From assembly GCA_037445935.1 (NCBI GenBank), contig JBBIJP010000002.1, positions 291 to 64,290 on the forward strand: DNA of 64,000 bases, read 5' to 3'. Source of the DNA: Ignavibacterium sp. Its GTDB lineage: Bacteria > Bacteroidota > Ignavibacteria > Ignavibacteriales > Ignavibacteriaceae. Below the pieces are notes generated by a model. It was given only the letters and a program-made list of their open reading frames with translations, did not search any database and was not told the DNA's origin. The position numbers and the translations under genes were made by a program. Positions 1 to 9,525 of this stretch are shown here, in pieces. Positions within the stretch are counted from its first letter, which is position 1, and each line of letters opens with the position of its first letter.

Positions 1-1318
1 TTGTGAGGACTATCTTAAGAATCTAGGAATGAAAGTAAAGTACATTGAATCAGAGAGCAATTCATCAGATATAAGAAAACTTATTCCGCAATTAAAAGAA
101 AACGGAATACAAACGATTCACTTTGCAGATGTTGCAGATAACTGGCTTGAAAAGAGAATTAAACAGTCTGCTGAAAAATTCGGAATAAAAGTTTGTGAAT
201 ATTCTTCGCCAGCTTTCTTGAACTCTAAAGAAGAGTTGAAAAAATATTTTGGTGGAAAGAAAAAATATTCGCAGACAGATTTTTATATTAAGCAAAGAAA
301 GAAATTAGGAATATTATTGAATAAAGATGGTTCTCCAGTTGGAGGCAAATGGACTTACGACACCGAAAACAGATTAAAATATCCCGAGAATAAAAAACCA
401 CCTCAAGTAAATTTCCCTTCTTCGAATAAATATTATGAAGAAGCTATTAAGTATGTTAATGAAAAATTTCACGCCAACTATGGTGAGATAAACAAAAGTT
501 TCATCTATCCTTGCACATTTGATGAAAGTAAAAAATGGTTTAATCAATTTTTAGAAAAAAGATTTTCTGAATTCGGGAGTTATGAAGATGCTATCGTTGC
601 TGAAGAAAATATTCTTCATCACAGTGTGTTAACGCCTATGCTGAATGTTGGATTAACTACACCTCAGTACATAGTAGAAAGGACTCTTAGTTTTTCGGAG
701 AAGCACAAAATACCGTTAAACTCCGTTGAAGGATTTATCAGACAAATAATCGGCTGGCGCGAGTTTATCCGCAGTGTGTATGAATTTTCTGGAACTACTC
801 AACGCACGAAAAATTATTGGGGACTGAAAAGAAAAATCCCCGAAAGTTTTTGGAATGGTACTACTGGAATAGAACCAGTTGATATAACAATTAAAAAAAT
901 TTTGCAAACGGGTTATTGTCATCACATTGAAAGATTAATGGTGCTGGGAGATTTTATGCTGCTTTGCGAATTCGATCCCGATGAAGTTTATCGCTGGTTT
1001 ATGGAGTTATTTATTGACGCATACGATTGGGTAACGGTCCCAAATGTTTATGGAATGAGTCAGTTTGCTGTTGGAGGATTGATGGCAACAAAACCTTATA
1101 TCAGCGGCAGTAATTATTTGATGAAGATGAGCAACTATAAAAAAGGTAATTGGCAGTTAATCTGGGACGGACTTTTCTGGCGATTTATGGATAAGCACAG
1201 AAAATTTTTTCTGTCAAATCCAAGACTTGGAATGCTGATAAAAACTTTCGATATAATGTCTGCAGAACGGAAATCTACATTGCTCAATGCGGCGGAAACT
1301 TATCTTGAAAGTATTTAA
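1..1318 (+). CDS. Cryptochrome/photolyase family protein (DPRP / bacterial (6-4) photolyase-like), 5' end outside window
   Basis: Frame is open from base 2 (CEDYLKNLG-M29). Motifs PVGGKWTYD, FGSYEDA, HSVLTPMLNVG, EGFIRQIIGWREF, GYCHHIERLM, TKPYISGSNYL. Confidence 0.9.
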   Translation, partial: CEDYLKNLGMKVKYIESESNSSDIRKLIPQLKENGIQTIHFADVADNWLEKRIKQSAEKFGIKVCEYSSPAFLNSKEELKKYFGGKKKYSQTDFYIKQRKKLGILLNKDGSPVGGKWTYDTENRLKYPENKKPPQVNFPSSNKYYEEAIKYVNEKFHANYGEINKSFIYPCTFDESKKWFNQFLEKRFSEFGSYEDAIVAEENILHHSVLTPMLNVGLTTPQYIVERTLSFSEKHKIPLNSVEGFIRQIIGWREFIRSVYEFSGTTQRTKNYWGLKRKIPESFWNGTTGIEPVDITIKKILQTGYCHHIERLMVLGDFMLLCEFDPDEVYRWFMELFIDAYDWVTVPNVYGMSQFAVGGLMATKPYISGSNYLMKMSNYKKGNWQLIWDGLFWRFMDKHRKFFLSNPRLGMLIKTFDIMSAERKSTLLNAAETYLESI

Positions 1319-1321
1319 AGG

Positions 1322-1564
1322 TTATTGATTCTTACTCTTAAATCTAGTTATATTTTTCGAACGCAAGGAAATATGTTTCGTTTTTCTGCCGCTTACTCTC
1401 TTGCGCCACATTTTAAAGCTTGATGGTTTCAATTCTCTTCTCATAATATCGCACACATCATTTTCTTTTAAACCAAACTGAAGTTCAATTGCTTCAAACG
1501 GAGTTCGGTCTTCCCACGCCATTTCAATTATCCGGGATATTTCTTCATCAGATAAATTTTTCAT
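1322..1564 (-). CDS. TIGR03643 / DUF2805 family small protein
   Basis: RIIEMAWEDRTPFEAIELQFGLKE...SSFKMWRKRVSGRKTKH signature; the family often lies near photolyases. Confidence 0.85.
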   Translation of the reverse strand: MKNLSDEEISRIIEMAWEDRTPFEAIELQFGLKENDVCDIMRRELKPSSFKMWRKRVSGRKTKHISLRSKNITRFKSKNQ

Positions 1565-1600
1565 AATAAAGATCTATTTATTGAAAAGTAAATAGCTAAA

Positions 1601-2947
1601 TTATCCGCGAATTAGCTTTAACAACATTTCAGTTTTTTCTTTCATTAACTTTTCATTCCCTCTGGATTCAACATTTAATCTGATTATCGGCTCAGTATTG
1701 GACATACGTAAATTAAATCTCCACTCTGCAAATTCAACACTTAGACCATCAGTCTTATCAATTTTCCCATCAGAAAACATTTTTTCTATTTCTAAAAGTT
1801 TTTCTTTGGGATTTTCGATTGTGGAATTTATCTCGCCAGAACAAGGATATGCAAAAATCATTTCTCCTACAAGTTCACTCAGTTTTTTATTCTCTTCAGA
1901 CATTAATTGAAGTATCAGTAAAAACGGAATCATTCCACTATCAGAATAAGCATTATTTCTGAAATAATGATGAGCTGACATCTCCCCGCCATAAATTGCA
2001 TTTACTTCTCTCATCTTTTCTTTAATGAATGCGTGACCACTGACAGATTGAACTGCAACACCGCCAAATTTTTTAACTATATCCAAAGTGTTCCAAATTA
2101 AACGCGGGTCGTGTACAATCTTTTCTTTCGGATTATTTATTAAAATTGACTTAGCTAATAAACCAACGATATAATATCCTTCGATGAAATTTCCATTCTC
2201 ATCAAAGAAAAAACATCTGTCATAGTCTCCATCCCAGGCAACACCAAGATCAGCTTCATTATTAACAACAGCATCAATAGTTGGCTGACGATTCTCAAAC
2301 AGCAAAGGATTTGGTACACCATTCGAAAATTTTGAATCAGGCTCATTGAAAATTTTTATCATTTTAATTGGAAGATGAGATTCTAATGCATCCAAAGCTA
2401 ATCCAGCGCAGCCATTGCCAGCATTTACTACAACCTTATAAGGTTTAATTTTATATGGATTGTAGAATTTTTTCAGATTACTTATAAAATCATTCATCAC
2501 ATCAATTTTAGTATAATTTCCTCGTGAAGAAGAAACTTGATCAAAATCATTGTTCAATATCACTCTTTCAACTTCATTAAGTCCAGAAGAATAACCAACA
2601 GGTACCGAATCTCTTTTAACGAATTTCATTCCGTTGTACTCAGGGGGATTGTGACTTGCAGTTATCATAACTCCACCGCCGGCATTGAGAAAAGGAGTAG
2701 AGAAATAAATCATTTCGGTTCCGCATAATCCTATATCAATTACATCAACTCCGGAATCTAAAAGTCCTTTTGCAAGGCTGTTGCTAATTTCTTCTGAGGA
2801 TTCTCTAACATCGTGTCCAATCACAATTTTCTGTGCATTGATTAATCTTGAGAAAGCTCTTCCGATTTTATATGCCAATTCTGAATTTAATTCAGATGGA
2901 ACTTTCCCTCTAATATCATAAGCTTTAAAGGATTTTAAATTTTCCAT
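1601..2947 (-). CDS. manB: Phosphomannomutase/phosphoglucomutase
   Basis: FKAYDIRG, TASHNP phosphoserine loop, DGDYDR metal loop, GEMSAH, RMSNTEP. Confidence 0.93.
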   Translation of the reverse strand: MENLKSFKAYDIRGKVPSELNSELAYKIGRAFSRLINAQKIVIGHDVRESSEEISNSLAKGLLDSGVDVIDIGLCGTEMIYFSTPFLNAGGGVMITASHNPPEYNGMKFVKRDSVPVGYSSGLNEVERVILNNDFDQVSSSRGNYTKIDVMNDFISNLKKFYNPYKIKPYKVVVNAGNGCAGLALDALESHLPIKMIKIFNEPDSKFSNGVPNPLLFENRQPTIDAVVNNEADLGVAWDGDYDRCFFFDENGNFIEGYYIVGLLAKSILINNPKEKIVHDPRLIWNTLDIVKKFGGVAVQSVSGHAFIKEKMREVNAIYGGEMSAHHYFRNNAYSDSGMIPFLLILQLMSEENKKLSELVGEMIFAYPCSGEINSTIENPKEKLLEIEKMFSDGKIDKTDGLSVEFAEWRFNLRMSNTEPIIRLNVESRGNEKLMKEKTEMLLKLIRG

Positions 2948-3115
2948 AAAATATTTCCTGTATTATTTCTAAGTGATTAAAAATTGGTTTTGCTTCTTTA
3001 AAAAAAGATTATATGTTTTGACCGAAATTTACTGAAATATTTTTTCAGCGAATTATTTTTCAATAGACTTTTGAACATTTAAATTTTAAATTAGTGAAAA
3101 CAATTTGGAGTTAAT

Positions 3116-3424
3116 ATCGCTTCTATTGATACTGTTAAATGTCATTTCGCAAAATGTAATAGCTCAAAGTGTAACTCAATATTTTTAGTTCATCCCGAAG
3201 AAAATCCGGGAGAACTTGGTTATATCTGTCCCGAATGCAGCCGTAAATCATTGAGTTCACATATTGTGCAATGTTCTAGTTGTAAAACTATATTGAATCT
3301 GATACGAATTTCCCCTCAGGAAGAAAAAGTAATTTTCACTGTCCCTAAATGTTCTCATTGTTATGGAACAATAGAAGATGAGTGGGAAATAGAACCATTG
3401 TATCAGCCGGATTCATACATATAG
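3116..3424 (+). CDS. Unannotated 102-aa Cys-rich putative double zinc-ribbon protein (ATC start)
   Basis: Hand translation: (I/M)ASIDTVKCHFAKCNSSKCNSIFLVHPEENPGELGYICPECSRKSLSSHIVQCSSCKTILNLIRISPQEEKVIFTVPKCSHCYGTIEDEWEIEPLYQPDSYI*. GGAG at 3107-3110, in-frame TGA at 3095-3097. Confidence 0.75.
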   Translation: MASIDTVKCHFAKCNSSKCNSIFLVHPEENPGELGYICPECSRKSLSSHIVQCSSCKTILNLIRISPQEEKVIFTVPKCSHCYGTIEDEWEIEPLYQPDSYI

Positions 3425-3583
3425 AATCACAAATAGCACTCTGACTTTCTCACAAATGGAACACTTTTTTTGAAGTGTCGCCTCGCTCGTCAAAGACCGC
3501 TCATCATAAAATATCAATAACCTTATAGAAATTTTTGTATTTTAAAGCTATATTTTATAATCAATAAAATCAGGGATTAAGTT

Positions 3584-5746
3584 ATGAATACAAATCTATT
3601 GGCAAAAGTTAAACATTCATTGTTTGCTTTAATTATTTTCTTTTCATTTTTTAATTCAAGTATTTATTCTCAAACTAATGATTGGCTTGGTCTTGATACT
3701 ATTAAAGCTGGGAAATTTGATAATGGCAAAATGTGGACATTTGAATTTCCCCCAATGGATTACTTTAAATCAGAATATGGTTTTGCTCCTTCACAGAAAT
3801 GGTTTGATGATGTCAGGATGGCAGCATTAAGATTTGCAAATTATTGCTCTGCCTCCTTCGTATCTGAAGATGGTCTCGTTATGACGAATCACCATTGTGC
3901 TAGACAGAGCATTACTCAGGTTACAAAAGAAGATGAAGGTGAAGATCTTCACGTAACTGGTTTTATAGCTGAAAAGCTGGAAGACGAAAGACCTGTACCA
4001 GGTTTATATGTTGAACAGCTTGTTCTTATAAAAGATGTTACTGCTGAAATATTGAGCGAAGTAGAAAAAGGTACTAATGAGGCAGAAAGAGTAAAGTTCG
4101 AAAAAGATATTATAAGTAAAATTGAAAAAAGAGAAGGTGAAGAGTCTGGATTAAGATGTGTAGTTACAGCATTATATAACGGTGGAAGATATTCTTTATA
4201 TGGTTATAAAAGATATAATGATGTTCGTTTAGTCTTTGCGCCAGAAGAGCAACTTGGCTTTTTTGGTGGTGATCCTGATAACTTTACATATCCAAGATAC
4301 AATTTAGACTGCACTTTCTTAAGAGTTTATGATGAAAATGGTAAACCTTTGAAGACGGATCATTTCTTTAAGTGGAGTGCTAATGGAGCAAAATTAGGTG
4401 AGCCGGTTTTTGTTGTTGGTAATCCGGGGAATACGGATAGACTAAATACAGTTTCTCAACTTGAGTATATGAGAGATGTTCAATATCCACGAACTTTGGA
4501 ATTTCTAAATGGACTTATTCAAATCTATAAAGATATTTTGAAAGAGAATCCTGAACGAAAACTTCAAATGCAGGATATGATTTTCAGTTTTGAAAATTCA
4601 CAAAAAGCTTTTGGTGGAATTTTAAAGGGTTTACGCGATCCGATTTTAATGCAAAGAAAAATTGATTTTGAAAATACTTTCAAGGCTGCTGTTAAATCAA
4701 ATTCAAAGCTGAATGAAAAATATGGTGATCTTTGGGATAAAATTTCGGAGATAAGAAATGAACTAAAGAAAATTGCCAATAAAAATTTTGCTTTAAGTAA
4801 AAACAGATTATTAACTCCTCAGTATTTTAACATTGCAAGCGAACTAATTAAAATAGCAGAAGAACTTAAAAAGCCAGAAGAAGAGAGAGATGAACTTTAC
4901 AAAGGTGAAGAATTAGAAAATTCCTTGAAGTCTTTGATCCCAGAAAACTTTGATGCCAAATTACAGAATAAACTTTTGGAAGAAAAAGTAAATATTTTAG
5001 TTAAATATTTGGGAAGCGATGATCCTATAGTAAAGAATTTTACCGGTGGAAAAACTGCTAGTGATGCAGTTGATTACCTTTTAGATAAAACAATATTATT
5101 AGATATGGAAAAAATTAAGAAGCTAGTTAACGAAGGTGCCGATGCAATAATGAATTCTGATGATCCGTTTATAAGATTTGAAATAGAAACTGCTGAGCTT
5201 GCAAAACAATATCAGAAAGAAGTAAGAGCCTGGATAGAAAAAGAAGAGAGTTATAATCAGCAATTAGGATTAGCAATTTATGAGGTTTATGGAACATCAA
5301 TTCCACCAGATGCTACATTTACTCTTCGAATTTCTGATGGAGTCGTAGAGGGATTTCCTTATAATGGAACTGTCGCTCCAGCATTCACTACTTTTTATGG
5401 TATGTATGACAGATATTATTCTTTCAATAAAGAGTATCCCTGGAACTTACCAGAAAGATGGTTAAATCCGCCGGCTGATTTTGATTTATCAACTCCGTTC
5501 AACTTTGTTTCCACAAACGATATAATTGGTGGAAACTCAGGTAGTCCCGTTATAAATAAAAATGCTGAAATAGTAGGTTTGGCATTTGATGGTAATATCC
5601 AAAGTCTTCCTGGTAATTTCATATTCAGAACAGAAGAAAACCGAACAGTTTCTGTTCATTCCTCAGGAATGATAGAAGCAATTGATAAGGTTTATAAACT
5701 TAAAAGACTCAGTAATGAATTAAGAAAAGGAAAAATATCCGAATAA
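3584..5746 (+). CDS. S46 family dipeptidyl peptidase (DPP7-like), secreted
   Basis: Signal peptide, GKMW, CSASFVSEDGLVMTNHHC, GGDPDNFTYPRY, DATFTLR, GGNSGSPV, AFDGN. Confidence 0.92.
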   Translation: MNTNLLAKVKHSLFALIIFFSFFNSSIYSQTNDWLGLDTIKAGKFDNGKMWTFEFPPMDYFKSEYGFAPSQKWFDDVRMAALRFANYCSASFVSEDGLVMTNHHCARQSITQVTKEDEGEDLHVTGFIAEKLEDERPVPGLYVEQLVLIKDVTAEILSEVEKGTNEAERVKFEKDIISKIEKREGEESGLRCVVTALYNGGRYSLYGYKRYNDVRLVFAPEEQLGFFGGDPDNFTYPRYNLDCTFLRVYDENGKPLKTDHFFKWSANGAKLGEPVFVVGNPGNTDRLNTVSQLEYMRDVQYPRTLEFLNGLIQIYKDILKENPERKLQMQDMIFSFENSQKAFGGILKGLRDPILMQRKIDFENTFKAAVKSNSKLNEKYGDLWDKISEIRNELKKIANKNFALSKNRLLTPQYFNIASELIKIAEELKKPEEERDELYKGEELENSLKSLIPENFDAKLQNKLLEEKVNILVKYLGSDDPIVKNFTGGKTASDAVDYLLDKTILLDMEKIKKLVNEGADAIMNSDDPFIRFEIETAELAKQYQKEVRAWIEKEESYNQQLGLAIYEVYGTSIPPDATFTLRISDGVVEGFPYNGTVAPAFTTFYGMYDRYYSFNKEYPWNLPERWLNPPADFDLSTPFNFVSTNDIIGGNSGSPVINKNAEIVGLAFDGNIQSLPGNFIFRTEENRTVSVHSSGMIEAIDKVYKLKRLSNELRKGKISE

Positions 5747-5753
5747 ATTTTAA

Positions 5754-5813
5754 GGGTTGTCTCTTTAACTAATTTTTTGATTCTTGTTGAAGGAGAGAGT
5801 TTCGAGACAACCC
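5754..5813. terminator. Inverted repeat between convergent genes (putative bidirectional terminator, REP-like)
   Basis: GGGTTGTCTC (5754-5763) and GAGACAACCC (5804-5813) form a perfect 10-bp IR with a T-rich right flank. Confidence 0.55.
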
Positions 5814-5837
5814 ACTTTTGTTTAATTGCGATGCTTT

Positions 5838-6209
5838 TCAGATAAAAGCGTTTTCGTAATGTTCAATAATTGGGTTTTGGGGGTCGGTTAGCAAAATCGT
5901 TATTACATCAAATCTGCAGTCTATTTCTTTTATATTATTTTCATAGACATAAAGTTCAGCAATCTTTTTTATTTGAGAAATTTTCGTTTTGTTGATTGCA
6001 TATACAGGATCACCAAGCTCTAAATTGTTTCTGGTTTTTATTTCGACAAATACAATTTCACCAGAGATTGGTGACTTTGTAATCAAATCAATTTCACCTT
6101 GTCCGTATCTATAATTTCTCTTTATGATTTCGTATCCTTTTTTGATCAGATAATCGGCAGCAATCTCTTCACCAAGTTTACCAGTTTCTGATTTATTATT
6201 TCCCATCAT
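5838..6209 (-). CDS. yraN: YraN family (UPF0102) putative endonuclease
   Basis: GKLGEEIAADYL, RNYR, GEIDLI, FVEIKTR, CRFDVI. Confidence 0.9.
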   Translation of the reverse strand: MMGNNKSETGKLGEEIAADYLIKKGYEIIKRNYRYGQGEIDLITKSPISGEIVFVEIKTRNNLELGDPVYAINKTKISQIKKIAELYVYENNIKEIDCRFDVITILLTDPQNPIIEHYENAFI

Positions 6210-6795
6210 TATACCTTTTCAAAAAACTTTTTCTGTGAATTGGAGAGACACCATATTCTTCAATAGCTTTGAAATGTGCTTTGGTCGGATATCCTTTGTT
6301 TTTTTCCCAATTATAATTTGGAAAAGTAACATCCAATCTTTCCATAATCTTATCCCGAATAACTTTAGCAATAATCGAAGCGGCAGCAATTGACTGTGAT
6401 AAGCTATCTCCTTTTATGATGGTAATCGTTTCAATTTTCGAAATGAATTTTTTATTTCCATCTATTAAAATCAACTCTGGTTTAGGTTGTAATTTGATTG
6501 CTGAATTTTTCATTCCTAATAAAGTTGCATTTAGAATATTTAATTTGTCTATTGTATATTGAGATACAACAGAAAAAGTCCAACAAATTGAATCTTGCTT
6601 TATTATTTCAAATAATTCCTCTCTGCGTAATGGCCTGAGTTTTTTTGAATCATTAATCAGCGGATTAAAATAGTCTTTGGGAAGAATTACTGCTGCTGCA
6701 ACAACTGGTCCAGCTAATGGACCTCTCCCCGCTTCATCTATTCCGGCTATGAGTTTATAACCCTTTTCATAATAAGAATTATCAATATTCGTCAT
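6196..6795 (-). CDS. rnhB: Ribonuclease HII
   Basis: AGIDEAGRGPLAGPV, NDSKKL, IDGN, KGD, IAAASIIAKVIRD, NKGYPT, HRKSF. Confidence 0.96.
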   Translation of the reverse strand: MTNIDNSYYEKGYKLIAGIDEAGRGPLAGPVVAAAVILPKDYFNPLINDSKKLRPLRREELFEIIKQDSICWTFSVVSQYTIDKLNILNATLLGMKNSAIKLQPKPELILIDGNKKFISKIETITIIKGDSLSQSIAAASIIAKVIRDKIMERLDVTFPNYNWEKNKGYPTKAHFKAIEEYGVSPIHRKSFLKRYNDGK

Positions 6796-7631
6796 TTTCC
6801 GAAGTAGATGGATACTAATCCTAAAATCATATTTAATTTTAACAATAAACTTGCTTTTTTGATGTCATTATCATTTTTCCCGTCAAGGAATAATTTTCCG
6901 GCAATGATGAGTATAGGATTTATAATTATCATAACCAGAACAAAATATTCTATCTTATAAATACCAGCGAAGAATGGATAAGTGGTAAAAAGAATTAGTA
7001 TAATTGTTAAACCCATTACGATCCAGCGAGTTTTTTTAATTCCCAAAATAATTGGAATTGATTTTATTCCGTGATGAATATCTCCATCTATATCTTCTGT
7101 GTCTTTGATAATCTCTCTGATTAGATTAATTAAAAATGCAAACCCGGCGATAATTGTTGAATTACCAAGATTATCCACAGCGACGCCGACAAAGATGAAA
7201 GTCAGACAGGTTAAAAATGCAATCAATAAATTGCTAACTAAAAAAACTTTTTTCAAGAAACTTGCGTATAAAAACAATAAGAGGATTGTTGCAGCTCCGA
7301 TAAGAAATAACGCAAGAGATGTGGGTATTAAAATCAACAAAACAATGAGATTAATTATAAAGTATAAGAACTTTGCTTGCGATATAGATATTTTATTAGA
7401 CGGAAGCGATCTTTCAGGATGCGATATTTTATCAATTTCAATATCGTAAATATCATTAATGACATTTCCACCTGCAGCTATCAACGATGCAGAAATAGAA
7501 GCAAATAATAGCAAATTCAGATTAAATGTCGATTCAGAAATAATGAAACCTCCAAGAAAAACAGACATAAAAGTTATTAAGCAATTAAAAGGTCGGGTTA
7601 TTTCTATAATATTTAAAACACGACTTAACAT
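6792..7631 (-). CDS. UbiA-family prenyltransferase, DGGGP synthase-like
   Basis: TRPFN, NDIYDIEIDKISHPERSLPS, REIIKDTEDIDGD, multiple TM helices. Confidence 0.85.
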   Translation of the reverse strand: MLSRVLNIIEITRPFNCLITFMSVFLGGFIISESTFNLNLLLFASISASLIAAGGNVINDIYDIEIDKISHPERSLPSNKISISQAKFLYFIINLIVLLILIPTSLALFLIGAATILLLFLYASFLKKVFLVSNLLIAFLTCLTFIFVGVAVDNLGNSTIIAGFAFLINLIREIIKDTEDIDGDIHHGIKSIPIILGIKKTRWIVMGLTIILILFTTYPFFAGIYKIEYFVLVMIIINPILIIAGKLFLDGKNDNDIKKASLLLKLNMILGLVSIYFGK

Positions 7632-7723
7632 ATTCTAAAATAAGAGTTTAATTGCTTAAAATGAATTCTGTCAATTTTTAACTGATAATTGTGACCGCTT
7701 AAGGACAAAATAAATGTAATACC

Positions 7724-7754
7724 TTGGATATCAGGCGAATTAATCCTATTTTTG
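7724..7754 (+). promoter_or_regulatory. Bacteroidota-type promoter (-33 TTG / -7 TAnnTTTG) for the rimP-nusA-infB operon
   Basis: TTG 7724-7726, 20-nt spacer, TATTTTTG 7747-7754. Confidence 0.6.
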
Positions 7755-7765
7755 TAGTGTTGTTT

Positions 7766-7786
7766 CGCCCTGATAGGGCGTTTTTT
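7766..7786 (+). promoter_or_regulatory. rimP leader terminator-like hairpin (attenuator candidate)
   Basis: CGCCCT-GAT-AGGGCG followed by T6, ending 5 nt before the rimP ATG. Confidence 0.65.
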
Positions 7787-7791
7787 ATTAT

Positions 7792-8244
7792 ATGGATATT
7801 AGACATAAAATATCAGATTTAATTTCTCCAATATTAGAATCAAAAAATTTTCTTTTGATTGACTTAATCGTACGTGGAGATGATAGAAAAAGAGTAATAG
7901 AGGTTTATGTTGATTCTGCAGAGAATATTTCTGCTGAATCTTTGGCAATACTTAGTCGTGAAATAAACAATCTGCTTTCTAATGAAGAATCTTATTTGGG
8001 AAATTACAGGTTAGATGTTTCATCACCGGGAGTCAATAGACCTTTGAAATATCTTGCTCAATTTCCTAAACATATAAACAGAGTTTTTGAAGTTGAGTAT
8101 AAAACTGAAAATGAATCAAAAAAAATCAAAGCAAAACTCGTTTCGGTAAATGGTGAAGAGTTAGTCTTTGATGATGGAAAAAATCAGTTTATACTAAATT
8201 TTAATCAAATTATTAAAGCAAAAGTATTAATTAGTTTTTCTTAG
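7792..8244 (+). CDS. rimP: Ribosome maturation factor RimP
   Basis: YRLDVSSPGVNRPL; lies immediately before nusA. Confidence 0.92.
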   Translation: MDIRHKISDLISPILESKNFLLIDLIVRGDDRKRVIEVYVDSAENISAESLAILSREINNLLSNEESYLGNYRLDVSSPGVNRPLKYLAQFPKHINRVFEVEYKTENESKKIKAKLVSVNGEELVFDDGKNQFILNFNQIIKAKVLISFS

Positions 8245-8257
8245 CGGAGGAGAAAAA

Positions 8258-9505
8258 ATGAATCCTGAAATAGTTGAATCCTTTTCACAAATGGTAAAAA
8301 TCAAAGGCATTGATAAAGATGTTCTTGGTGGCATTCTCGAAGATGTATTTGGACTTTTGATAAAAAAGAAATACGGTGATGATGTTCGTTATGAATTGGT
8401 TGTTAATATGGATAGGGGTGATATAGAAATTTACCTTGAAAAGGAAATCGTTTATGCAGTGGAAAATCCAGCTACTCAAATCAGTTTGGAAGAAGTCAAT
8501 TGTTTGGGAAACGAAGACGAACTCGAAATCGGAGATGACTATATCGAAAAAATTGAATTAGCATCTTTAGGAAGAAGATTAATCACATTGGCAAAGCAAA
8601 GTTTGAATCAGAAGTTAAGAGAAGTTGAAAAGGAAATTGTCTATAACGAGTATAAAGAAATGGTTGGTGAAATTGTAGTCGGAGAAATATATCAGATAAG
8701 AAGAAATGACATTCTGATAAATCACAATAAGAATGAATTACTTCTTCCAAGAGAAGAACAAATTCCTTTTGAAAAATATAAAAAAGGTCAGACTATAAGA
8801 GCTATTGTAAAAGATGTAAAGAGAACAAATAAAGGTCCAATTATAACAATTTCAAGAGCCGACAATTTGTTTCTTAAAAGATTATTTGAAATTGAAGTTC
8901 CTGAAATTTATGATGGAATTGTTGAATTAAAAGCAATTGCAAGAGAGCCCGGTGAAAGAGCTAAAGTAGCAGTTGAATCTCAGGATAACAGAATTGATGC
9001 TGTCGGCGCCTGTGTTGGTATGAAAGGAGTTAGAATTCACGCAATTGTTCGCGAGCTTAATAATGAAAATATAGATGTTATTCATTATTCTGATGATCCT
9101 GAAATTTTTCTTCAAAGAGCATTAGCTCCGGCGAAAATTAAAAAGATTGATATAAATGAAGATGAAAGAAAAGCAATAGTTTATGCAGATAGTGATCAGG
9201 TTTCGATGATGGTTGGCAGAAACGGTATTAACATTCGACTCGCTATGAAATTAACGGGGTATGATATTGAAATAATCAGAGAAGAAAAACCCTTCGAGGA
9301 ATATGAAGAAGATATTGAACTTATTGATTTGAAAGAAGAACTGGGTGAAGATATTTATCAAATTTTAATTAATAACCGATACGATACTGCTCTTGAAGTT
9401 CTTACTGCAGGGAAAGAAAAACTAATGGAGATCGATGAATTGGATGAAGAGCAGGTTGACCAGATTATTGAAATCATCAAAGCCCAGATAGAGGAAGAGG
9501 AGTAG
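8258..9505 (+). CDS. nusA: Transcription elongation factor NusA
   Basis: LFEIEVPEIYDG, AREPGERAKVAV, GACVGMKGVRI, KH domains; GGAGG SD. Confidence 0.97.
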   Translation: MNPEIVESFSQMVKIKGIDKDVLGGILEDVFGLLIKKKYGDDVRYELVVNMDRGDIEIYLEKEIVYAVENPATQISLEEVNCLGNEDELEIGDDYIEKIELASLGRRLITLAKQSLNQKLREVEKEIVYNEYKEMVGEIVVGEIYQIRRNDILINHNKNELLLPREEQIPFEKYKKGQTIRAIVKDVKRTNKGPIITISRADNLFLKRLFEIEVPEIYDGIVELKAIAREPGERAKVAVESQDNRIDAVGACVGMKGVRIHAIVRELNNENIDVIHYSDDPEIFLQRALAPAKIKKIDINEDERKAIVYADSDQVSMMVGRNGINIRLAMKLTGYDIEIIREEKPFEEYEEDIELIDLKEELGEDIYQILINNRYDTALEVLTAGKEKLMEIDELDEEQVDQIIEIIKAQIEEEE

Positions 9506-9525
9506 CAAAACGCTAAGGAAAATTT

